Positions 42,087 through 49,663 of a DNA stretch of 64,000 nucleotides are shown in pieces. The notes beneath the pieces were generated by a model that was given only the letters and a program-made list of their open reading frames with translations, had not been told where the DNA came from and searched no databases. Positions within the stretch are counted from its first letter, which is position 1. The number at the start of each line of letters is the position of its first letter. The DNA is taken from positions 5,335-69,334 of the forward strand of contig QHUM01000052.1 in the NCBI GenBank assembly GCA_003222135.1, read 5' to 3'. Source of the DNA: Gemmatimonadota bacterium. GTDB lineage: Bacteria; Gemmatimonadota; Gemmatimonadetes; Gemmatimonadales; GWC2-71-9. Position numbers and translations under genes: made by a program.

Positions 42087-44168
42087 TTATCGCGCCGGTC
42101 GGATTCGGATCGCCTGGCCGCCTCCGGGGGCCAGGACGAGACGCAAGCGAGAAGCGGCGGTGACGGCGCGCTGGGAGATCGAGACCGGGAGCGGGTTCGT
42201 GAGCCAATTGGCCCCGGGTCCGTCGGCGTAGATCTCGGCGACGTAATGTCGTCCGGGCGTGAGGAACGACAGCGGAATATCGAAGGTCCGCCCTGCTTCG
42301 TCCGTGATCGCGCCGATGAACCAGGTCGGGCCGTTGCGCTCCCGCCGCGCCACCACCACGTAGTCGCCGATCTTCCCGTCGAGCACGCGCGTCGTGTCCC
42401 AGTCGACCGCCACGTCGCGGATGAACTGAAATGCGGGCTGGTGCGCGTAGTTTTCCGGGAGGTCCGCCGCCATCTGGAGCGGCGAGTAGAGCACCACGTA
42501 GAGCGCCAGCTGCTTGGCGAGCGTGGTGCGCGGCCGCGGCTCCTCGGGGCGGCGCGCGCGGCCGGTGCCCCGCTCGAGCAGGATATCGAAGATGCCCGGC
42601 GTGAAGTCCATGGGCCCGGCGAGCAGGCGCGTGAAGAAGAGAATCGTCTCGTGCTCCGGCGGGTTGCCCCCTTCGCCCCCCCAGGCGTTGTACTCCTGGC
42701 CCCGCGCGCCCTCGCGGGTCATCATGTTCGGGTAGGTGCGCCGCTCGCCGGTGTCGTGAATCGGCTCGTGGACGTCCAGCATGATGCCGTACTTCGCGGC
42801 CGTCTCGATCACCCGGCGGTAGTGCCGTATCATGTATTGCCCGTGGTGCGAGTGGCCCTCGCTGGTCAGGTCCGCCACGTACCCCGACTTGACGGCGTCG
42901 AGGCCGAGCGATTGGTAGAGGGCGAAGGCGCTGTCCAGCTGCCGCTCGTAGTTCTCGATTCCGCCCGACGTTTCGTTGTGGACGATCAGCTTCACGCCCT
43001 TCGCGTGAGCGTACCGGGCCACCTCCCGCAGGTCGTAATCGGGGTAGGCTTGGGTGAACGAGAAGGCGTTGCGGTTCTGGATCCAATCGCCGTCCCACCC
43101 CAAGTTCCAGCCCTCGACCAGCACGCCCCCCAGCCCGTTGGCGGCCGCGAAATCGATGTAGCGTTTCGCATTCGCGGTCGTGGCGCCGTGCTTGGGTCCC
43201 GAGCTCCACGTCATCGCGCCGAGGTGCATGCCCCACCAGATGCCCACGTACTTCATCGGCTTGATCCAGCTCGTGTTCGCGATGACGCTGGGCGGGTTCA
43301 GGTTCAAGCCGAGTACCGCCGGCACCAGGTCGGTCGCCCGGTCGGCCAGCTGAATCGTGCGCCACGGGGTCACGAACGGCGTGCGGCCCCGCACCTTGAT
43401 GCCGTCGGCGTACGGCGCCAGCGCCGCGTGCAGCGTGCGATTCTCCATGCGCGCCCCCCGCAGGTTCATGCGCGCGTAATCCACCAGATTCGCTTCGTGG
43501 ATCACGATGAACGTGCTGCCGTCGCGGGTCTCGAGCGTCAGCGGGGTCTGCACACTGTCGATCACGCTCACGGGCGAAGACGAGTACAGCATCTCCGAGC
43601 GGTCCAGCCTCGGTCGATTCGACGGGATCCACCACGCCCGGGCGTCGTCCGCCAACGCGAACTCGGTGAGCTCGTCCGTGATGGCGAAATCCCGAAGACC
43701 GGGCTGCTCGGGGAGCTCATAGCGGAACCCGACGCCGTCGTTGAACACCCGGAGCACCACGGCGAACCGCCGGCCCGGCGGTGCCGCTTCGGCGACGGAG
43801 ACCCGCAGCTCGTTGTGATGGTCCCGCACGCGCGCGACTTCGCCCCACGGCTGCGTCCAGGTCTCGTCGACCGCGCTCCGTGTCGTGTCCACCAGGCGCA
43901 GCCCGTCGCGCAGCGGCGGTGCCCCCTGCAGCTCGAAACCGAGCAGCGACGGCAGCAGCAGCGCTCGACCGTCCCGTCGCACGCTGTAGTACAGCCTGCG
44001 CTCGCGGATTTCGACCGTGGCCTCGTTCCGGCCGTCGGGTGAGGCGACGCGGAGCTGGGCCTGGGCGGGGGCGGCGCAGAGAGCGAGCGGCAGAACCATG
44101 GAAACGAGGTATATTCTGCGATCGGCCTGCGCTCTCTTACCGGGGGATTCCAATGACCTTGCTTTCAT
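42087..44168 (-). CDS. Glycoside hydrolase family 97 alpha-glucosidase (SusB-like)
   Basis: The N-terminal beta-sandwich start QLRVASPDGRNEATVEI...YYSVRRDG parallels SusB. Catalytic-barrel motifs are present: VLVEGWNLGWDGDW, VKLIVHNETSG, GLDAVKSGYV, and MLDVHEPIHDTGERRTYPN. ATG 44168 has a GAGGGAG RBS; the alternative ATG 44099 lacks a charged n-region. Confidence 0.9.
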   Translation of the reverse strand: MKARSLESPGKRAQADRRIYLVSMVLPLALCAAPAQAQLRVASPDGRNEATVEIRERRLYYSVRRDGRALLLPSLLGFELQGAPPLRDGLRLVDTTRSAVDETWTQPWGEVARVRDHHNELRVSVAEAAPPGRRFAVVLRVFNDGVGFRYELPEQPGLRDFAITDELTEFALADDARAWWIPSNRPRLDRSEMLYSSSPVSVIDSVQTPLTLETRDGSTFIVIHEANLVDYARMNLRGARMENRTLHAALAPYADGIKVRGRTPFVTPWRTIQLADRATDLVPAVLGLNLNPPSVIANTSWIKPMKYVGIWWGMHLGAMTWSSGPKHGATTANAKRYIDFAAANGLGGVLVEGWNLGWDGDWIQNRNAFSFTQAYPDYDLREVARYAHAKGVKLIVHNETSGGIENYERQLDSAFALYQSLGLDAVKSGYVADLTSEGHSHHGQYMIRHYRRVIETAAKYGIMLDVHEPIHDTGERRTYPNMMTREGARGQEYNAWGGEGGNPPEHETILFFTRLLAGPMDFTPGIFDILLERGTGRARRPEEPRPRTTLAKQLALYVVLYSPLQMAADLPENYAHQPAFQFIRDVAVDWDTTRVLDGKIGDYVVVARRERNGPTWFIGAITDEAGRTFDIPLSFLTPGRHYVAEIYADGPGANWLTNPLPVSISQRAVTAASRLRLVLAPGGGQAIRIRPAR

Positions 44169-44596
44169 CGCGCTCCCTCTTGCCCGTTGGTCTCGTGGTT
44201 CAAGTCGTTGCCGGATGCGCCCATTCCAGCGGAACGCGCCAGACCAGCCCGCCTGGCCCCCAGACCGTGACGTCCGAAGACATCGAGCGCAATCCCGGCC
44301 AGCCCATTGAAAAGGTGCTGCAAGGACGGTTCGCCGGCGTCGAGGTCAGCCGGACCTCGGACGGCGGCATCGCGGTGCGCATTCGTGGCGCCGCGTCTTT
44401 TAACGCCAGTGCGCAGCCGCTGTACGTGGTCGACGGGATCCCAATGCAGCCGGGGCCAAACGGGAGCCTGACCGGGATCAATCCGTACGACATTGAATCG
44501 ATCCAGGTCTTGAAGGACGCCGCCGATACCGCGATCTACGGGATGCGCGGCGCCAACGGGGTGATCGTCATCAAGACGAAGCGGCCGGGTCGCTGA
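44153..44596 (+). CDS. TonB-dependent-receptor plug-domain-only lipoprotein (147 aa)
   Basis: MTLLSSRSLLPVGLVVQVVAGC (lipobox), then only a plug domain: IEKVLQGRFAGVEV, GIAVRIRGAASFNASAQPLYVVDGIPM, NPYDIESIQVLKDAADTAIYGMRGANGVIVIKTKRPGR, then stop. No barrel follows. Track ORF 43781 is over-extended. Confidence 0.8.
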   Translation: MTLLSSRSLLPVGLVVQVVAGCAHSSGTRQTSPPGPQTVTSEDIERNPGQPIEKVLQGRFAGVEVSRTSDGGIAVRIRGAASFNASAQPLYVVDGIPMQPGPNGSLTGINPYDIESIQVLKDAADTAIYGMRGANGVIVIKTKRPGR

Positions 44597-44601
44597 CACG
44601 C

Positions 44602-47600
44602 TCAGGGACGCGCGGCCACTGAGCGGCTCGTCGGGGCAGCGCGGAACACGAGTGGCCGGTCGTTGTTCCGGGTGACCACGTAGCGGGGGCCATCCCGGGT
44701 CCGGATGCGCGCAATATCGCGCGCCTGTCCGGGCACCAGAAAGCCGCTCTCGGCGGTGCGCACCGGCGTGAAGGTCCCCTTCCCGTCGCCGCGTAGCAAC
44801 AGACCGTAGCTCGCGCTCATGCGTCCGATTTCCGGTTGCACACCGTCGAAATTCCCCGCCAGCAGCAGATCCAGCGTGCCGTTCCCGTCCAGGTCGGCTG
44901 CGAGCATGCCGTACACCGGCGCCTGCTGGGCCGCGAGCGGCAGCGGCACGAGCGTAAACGAGCCGTCGCCGTTGTTCCGCGCCAGGGCTGTGGCGAACGT
45001 GTACGCCCGCCGCTCGACCGCGCCCGCCAAGTCCGCCGCCGAGAAGATGTCGTTCACCGTCTGCCCGGCGTACTCCTGGTACGTGAGATAGCGCGTCTTG
45101 AGCTGAGGGAGGGCGTTCACGAGCTCGTCGCGCATCGCGAGGGGATGGCTCACGCCCCCGCTGTAGGTCGCTACGATCTGTTGGGCGAAGCCGCTCCCCG
45201 CGAAGTCCTTGACGTACATCGTCACCGGCTCGGTTGCGGTCGCGCGCAAGCGCGTGTTGAGTCCCAGGTTGCCGACGATGAAGTCGACGCGGCCCCCGTC
45301 ACCACGCCCCCCCCCGTGGCCCGTGAAGTCACCGGCCACGATGCGATTCCACCAGCCGTTGCTCTGCTCGAGGCCGGGGGTGTTCAAGCGAACGAGCTTC
45401 CCGCCGCCCGCGTTGTGAAAGATGGTGATCGGCATCCACTCGCCCACCACCACGAGATCCAACCGACCGTCACCATCCACGTCCTGCCAGACCGCGTCCG
45501 TGACCATGCCGACCCGCGCCAGCTCGGGTGCCAGTTGCGCGGTGACGTCGGTGAAATGACCGTGGCCGTCGTTCTGGAGCAGCATGCTCTGGGGATCGGC
45601 GCCGTAACGCCACGGGACGACGCGCCCGCCGACGAACAGGTCGATGTCGCCATCCCCGTCGTAGTCGGCGGCCACGACGCGTGATCCGCTGATGTATTCG
45701 GACGGCAGGTTGGCGGTCGCTTTGCGGAAATGGCCTCGCCCGTCGTTCAGGTACAGCCGGTCCTGCAGCGCCGGCGACATGCTGGAGAACTCGTTGCCAC
45801 CGCTCACAACGTAGAGGTCGGGGTGACCGTCGCCGTCCGCGTCGAAGAACACGGCGCCCAGGTCCTCCGACACGCGATCCGACTCGAAGACGCCGCGGTC
45901 GCTGCTCACGAAGCGGCCGTCGGGCTGCTGGATCAGCAGCTCGCCCGGCTGATCTCTCGCGCCCCCGATGAACAGGTCGTCGAGCCCGTCGCCGTTCACG
46001 TCCGCCACGGCCAGATACGGTCCCTCGGTCGAGAGCAGCTTGGGGATGAGGGGTTCCCGGTCGAAATCGACGAAGTCGTTCTCCCGGTGCACGTACGGCA
46101 ACTTGACGCGGTCCGTGACGTCGGTGAAAAGAGGGGTCAGGGGCTGGGGTTTAGGGACGATCGCCGCCACCGCCTCCGACTGGCGGATGGTGAGGCGCTG
46201 GTTCGTCGCGACGCGCTGCGAGACGCTCACGCGGCCATCCGGCCACCGCACAGTCACCGAATCGATGGTATCGCGCCGCCCGACGCCGAAGGTCAGCATG
46301 TAATCCACGCTCGACTGGAAGCCGCGCGTGGGCGCTTCCTCCTGGAAGAACTGCTCCTTCCCGCTCCAGAGCGTCACCTTGGCCCCGATGGCGAAGCGAT
46401 TGCCGCCTTCCCCCGCGAGCTGCACCTGGAGGTAGTGGTTCGGGAGCAGCGTCCGGGCGTTGTTGCGATACACGAAGGCTTCCTGGTTCACGTTGTTCAC
46501 GACCAGGTCGAGAGCCCCGTCGCCGTCCAGGTCGCCATAGGCCGCGCCGTTGCCAAAGCTCGGTGTGTTCAGGCCCCAGGCAGCGCTCTGGTTGGTAAAG
46601 GTCAGATCGCCGTTGTTACGGAACGCGTAATGCGGCAGCTTGGTCGAGCTCATCGCGGCGGTGAGCTTCAGGAAATCGACTCGCTTGCCCCGCGTCGCCG
46701 CGCGCATCGTCGCGTTGTTCGCCAGGAAAGCGATGTAATCCTGCGACGTGACGTCCTTGGCGAGCCCGTTCGTCACATAGATGTCCTTGTAGCCGTCGAG
46801 ATCGAGGTCTGCGATCAGCGCGCTCCAGCTCCAGTCGGTCCGGGCCACGCCGGCCAGCTGGCCGATGTCCGAGAACGTGCCGTTGCCGTTGTTGAGATGC
46901 AGCATGTTGCGCGTGAACTGGTAGTGAAAGCCGTTGCGGACCTCGGCCTGGAGGCGGTGCCAGTCTTCGAAGGACGTGGTGGTCTTGAGCCGGTGCTCGT
47001 CGTCGGGCAACATGTCGACCACGTAGATATCGGGCCAACCGTCGTTGTTCACGTCCGCGATATCGAGCCCCATGGACGACAGGCTGATGTACGGCATCTC
47101 TTGCTCGAGCCGCTCGGCGAACGTGCCGTCGCGCTTGTTGACGTACAGATAGTCGCGCTCGAAGAAGTCGTTCGCCACGTAGATATCGGGCCACCCGTCC
47201 GAGTTCACGTCGCTCACGACCACGCCCAGGCCCAATCCGATCTCGCCCCCGTAGATCCCGGCCGCCGCGCTCACGTCCACGAACTGCCCGCCGTCGTTGC
47301 GGTACAGCCGGTCGCCGCCCAGCGGGTCGCGCAACGCCCGCGTGTTCTCGAGTGGCATGCTCGAGACCGGGCGAGGCGAGTTGTTGATGACGAGCAGGTC
47401 GAGATCGCCGTCGCGGTCGTAGTCGAAGAACACCGCCTGGGTCGAGTACCCTGTATCGGCGACGCCGTAGGCGGCCGCCATCTCGACGAAGGTCGGCACG
47501 CCGCGCGCATTCAAGCCCTGATTGATCCAGAGCTCGTTGGCGCGGAGCGCTCCCGGCACCTTGCCGGCCTTGCACAGGTAGATGTCGAGGCGCCCATCGC

Positions 47601-48051
47601 CGTTCACGTCGGCGAGCGTGACGCCCGTGGTCCAGGACCCGTCCTTGTTCACGAGGCCCGCTTCGTCGGTCACGTCCCGGAAGCGGAACTTTCCCTCGTC
47701 CAGGTACAGGCGCGGACCGCCCTGGTTGGAGGTGAGCACGATCTCCGGCAGGCCGTCCCCCGTCAAGTCACCGATCCCGACGCCGCCGCCGTTGTAGAAG
47801 TTGCGATAGGTGAAGACGTTCACGTCGTTGGTCTCAGTGAGGCGGTTCTCGAATCGCACGCCCGTGTAGCTGGAGGGGAGCAGCGTGAACAGCCGGCCGT
47901 CGGCGGCGGGCGCGGCGGCGGACCCGGCGGCGCCGGAGCAGGCGGCGACGAGACATCCTGCTGACATGAGAAGTTGTAGGGGCGCAAGAAAACGTAGGGG
48001 CGCAGCATGCTGCGCCCCTACCGCGACCTCCACACCCTTCACACCCTTCAC
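44602..48051 (-). CDS. CRTAC1-family lipoprotein, paralog 3
   Basis: ...LRFLAPLQLLMSAGCLVAAC (lipobox VAAC), then RLFTLLPSSYTGVRFENRL, GDLTGDGLPEIVLTSN and many FG-GAP units. ASPIC block GNRFAIGAKVTLWSG...VTVRWPDG, then a second FG-GAP block. Start is GTG 48051, 48042 or 48033. ATG 47967 would leave only a 10-aa signal. Confidence 0.85.
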   Translation of the reverse strand: MKGVKGVEVAVGAQHAAPLRFLAPLQLLMSAGCLVAACSGAAGSAAAPAADGRLFTLLPSSYTGVRFENRLTETNDVNVFTYRNFYNGGGVGIGDLTGDGLPEIVLTSNQGGPRLYLDEGKFRFRDVTDEAGLVNKDGSWTTGVTLADVNGDGRLDIYLCKAGKVPGALRANELWINQGLNARGVPTFVEMAAAYGVADTGYSTQAVFFDYDRDGDLDLLVINNSPRPVSSMPLENTRALRDPLGGDRLYRNDGGQFVDVSAAAGIYGGEIGLGLGVVVSDVNSDGWPDIYVANDFFERDYLYVNKRDGTFAERLEQEMPYISLSSMGLDIADVNNDGWPDIYVVDMLPDDEHRLKTTTSFEDWHRLQAEVRNGFHYQFTRNMLHLNNGNGTFSDIGQLAGVARTDWSWSALIADLDLDGYKDIYVTNGLAKDVTSQDYIAFLANNATMRAATRGKRVDFLKLTAAMSSTKLPHYAFRNNGDLTFTNQSAAWGLNTPSFGNGAAYGDLDGDGALDLVVNNVNQEAFVYRNNARTLLPNHYLQVQLAGEGGNRFAIGAKVTLWSGKEQFFQEEAPTRGFQSSVDYMLTFGVGRRDTIDSVTVRWPDGRVSVSQRVATNQRLTIRQSEAVAAIVPKPQPLTPLFTDVTDRVKLPYVHRENDFVDFDREPLIPKLLSTEGPYLAVADVNGDGLDDLFIGGARDQPGELLIQQPDGRFVSSDRGVFESDRVSEDLGAVFFDADGDGHPDLYVVSGGNEFSSMSPALQDRLYLNDGRGHFRKATANLPSEYISGSRVVAADYDGDGDIDLFVGGRVVPWRYGADPQSMLLQNDGHGHFTDVTAQLAPELARVGMVTDAVWQDVDGDGRLDLVVVGEWMPITIFHNAGGGKLVRLNTPGLEQSNGWWNRIVAGDFTGHGGGRGDGGRVDFIVGNLGLNTRLRATATEPVTMYVKDFAGSGFAQQIVATYSGGVSHPLAMRDELVNALPQLKTRYLTYQEYAGQTVNDIFSAADLAGAVERRAYTFATALARNNGDGSFTLVPLPLAAQQAPVYGMLAADLDGNGTLDLLLAGNFDGVQPEIGRMSASYGLLLRGDGKGTFTPVRTAESGFLVPGQARDIARIRTRDGPRYVVTRNNDRPLVFRAAPTSRSVAARP
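47986..48021 (-). terminator. Intrinsic-terminator-like / attenuator hairpin after SusD (perfect 28-nt palindrome + U-tract)
   Basis: On the minus strand: GTAGGGGCGCAGCA|TGCTGCGCCCCTAC (48021-47994) followed by GTTTTCTT (47993-47986). It lies 54 nt after the SusD stop, but inside the most plausible 5' coding region of the next gene, so its role is ambiguous. Confidence 0.4.
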
Positions 48052-48074
48052 AACCTGTTACGTGCCTTCTGCGC

Positions 48075-49649
48075 TCAGTAGCCGGGATTCTGCTTCAACA
48101 ACGGGTTCGCGTCCAGCTGCGTCTGCGGAATCGGCAGCAGCATGCGGAACGCCGCGCTTGCCGGCTTGTATCCCCACGGCAGCGTGTACTTGCCGTGCCG
48201 GATCAGATCCTGGCGCCGCTTGGCTTCGCCGGTGAGCTCGAACCGGCGCTCCTGGAGGATGAGGTCGTGGGTAATGGGCCCCGCGAGCGCCGGCGCGACG
48301 GTTTCTTTGGGACGGGCGCGCAGCTGATTCAGCAACGCCAGCGCATTGGGATCCCCCGGCGTCAGCTCGTTCATCGCCTCCGCCTTGATCAGCAGGATCT
48401 CGCCCAGGCGGAACCAGGCGAAGTCGTTGCCGTTGTTCTGGGCCACGTGTTTCGGATCGGCCGGCCACTTGTAGAGTCGAGGGCCTTCGCCTTCGGTGGC
48501 CTGCGTCTCATCAGCGATGTTGATGGTGAACACCAACGGGTTGCCGGCCCGGTCTTTGGCCGGAAGGCCGGTCTCCACGTTGTTCTGCACGCCTTGCAGG
48601 ATGACGTTGCGGCGCCGGTCGGCGGCATCGAACGCGTTGTACGTCTCCGCCAGGATCGCGAAGCCGTTCCAGGGCGTGGGCGTGTACTGGTTGTAGTGCA
48701 GCGACCGCATCACGAAGTTGAGGCCGATGTCCGCCACGGGCGCGAACTTGATGACCAGGATGTTCTCCTTCGACGCGCTGTTGGCCCGGAAGCTTTGCGC
48801 GAACGAGTCAGCCAATTGATAGCCGGCGGTAGAGTTCAGGATATTGTTCGCGGTAGCGATAGCGGCTTGGCACGCGTTCTGAGACCCGATCGTTACCGTC
48901 GTGCACGAGTTGTAGGACGTGGCACTGACGCCCGCGTCCTTGTCGAACACCGCGGCGTTCAGATACATACTGGCCAGGATGGCATCGACGGCGCCTTGGG
49001 TCAGGCGCCCGTTGCTCGCCGCCGGCCACGTGGCTGGCAGCACGGCGCGGGCCGCCGTCAGCTCCGCCTGGATGAACCGGAATACCGAGTCGCGCGTCAC
49101 GCGCGGCCGCGCCTGGATCTGAGTCGTGGTGGCGATCGGCACGCCGCCGAACGTGTCCATCAGGAAGTAGTAGTAGAATGCCCGCAGCGTCCTGGCCTCG
49201 GCGGCGACCGTGTCTCGGCTCGCGAACGTCAGGCTCGGCAGCACCTCGAGCAGCGCGTTGGCCCGCGCGATCCCGGTAAACGCGGTGACCCAGATACCGT
49301 TCCCAAAACCGTTGCCGACGGGGCTGACTGGCGTCCAGGTCTGGTGGTGCAACTCGAGCCATTGACCGCCGTCGTACCAGTCCGAGCCACGCGTCGGCAC
49401 GATCATCTCGTCGGTGCTGATCTCGCTCACGTTGTAGTAGTCGTCCAGCGTACCGCGCAGCTGAGCGTAAATCCCTGCCAGGCTGCTGAGCACTTCCCCC
49501 TCGTTGCGGTAGAAGTTGGCCGGGGTAATGGCGCTGGGGGGGTTTTCGTCCAGGTTGGTGCACGCCAGGGGCACGAGCACCATGCCCAGGAGCAATACCC
49601 TGAAGAGCCCCACCGCTCCGATCGGTTTCGTCACAAGTGATGTCGTCAT
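48075..49649 (-). CDS. RagB/SusD-family nutrient-binding outer-membrane lipoprotein
   Basis: MTTSLVTKPIGAVGLFRVLLLGMVLVPLAC (lipobox). SusD-type core (RAFYYYFLMDTFGGVPI, FRLGEILLIKAEAMNE, ERRFELTGEAKRRQDLIRHG). C-terminus is ...LLKQNPGY. Confidence 0.9.
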   Translation of the reverse strand: MTTSLVTKPIGAVGLFRVLLLGMVLVPLACTNLDENPPSAITPANFYRNEGEVLSSLAGIYAQLRGTLDDYYNVSEISTDEMIVPTRGSDWYDGGQWLELHHQTWTPVSPVGNGFGNGIWVTAFTGIARANALLEVLPSLTFASRDTVAAEARTLRAFYYYFLMDTFGGVPIATTTQIQARPRVTRDSVFRFIQAELTAARAVLPATWPAASNGRLTQGAVDAILASMYLNAAVFDKDAGVSATSYNSCTTVTIGSQNACQAAIATANNILNSTAGYQLADSFAQSFRANSASKENILVIKFAPVADIGLNFVMRSLHYNQYTPTPWNGFAILAETYNAFDAADRRRNVILQGVQNNVETGLPAKDRAGNPLVFTINIADETQATEGEGPRLYKWPADPKHVAQNNGNDFAWFRLGEILLIKAEAMNELTPGDPNALALLNQLRARPKETVAPALAGPITHDLILQERRFELTGEAKRRQDLIRHGKYTLPWGYKPASAAFRMLLPIPQTQLDANPLLKQNPGY

Positions 49650-49663
49650 AGGACTCGAGATCC

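Noticed and set aside
34029-43635. The giant track ORFs 34029-37928 (1299 aa), 37370-39502 (710 aa) and 38710-43635 (1641 aa), read as single huge proteins.
   Set aside because: Their N-terminal parts are out-of-frame read-through across the upstream gene (MFS, CRTAC1 and GH97 respectively) and look like low-complexity Arg/Gly/Pro sequence. Signal peptides, lipoboxes and GTGA overlaps define much shorter real genes.
47967-47969. ATG 47967 as the start of CRTAC1 paralog 3, which would make the palindrome cleanly intergenic.
   Set aside because: It would leave a 10-aa signal (MSAGCLVAAC) with no charged n-region and almost no h-region. The upstream in-frame GTGs give a normal lipoprotein signal. 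I kept it as an alternative only.
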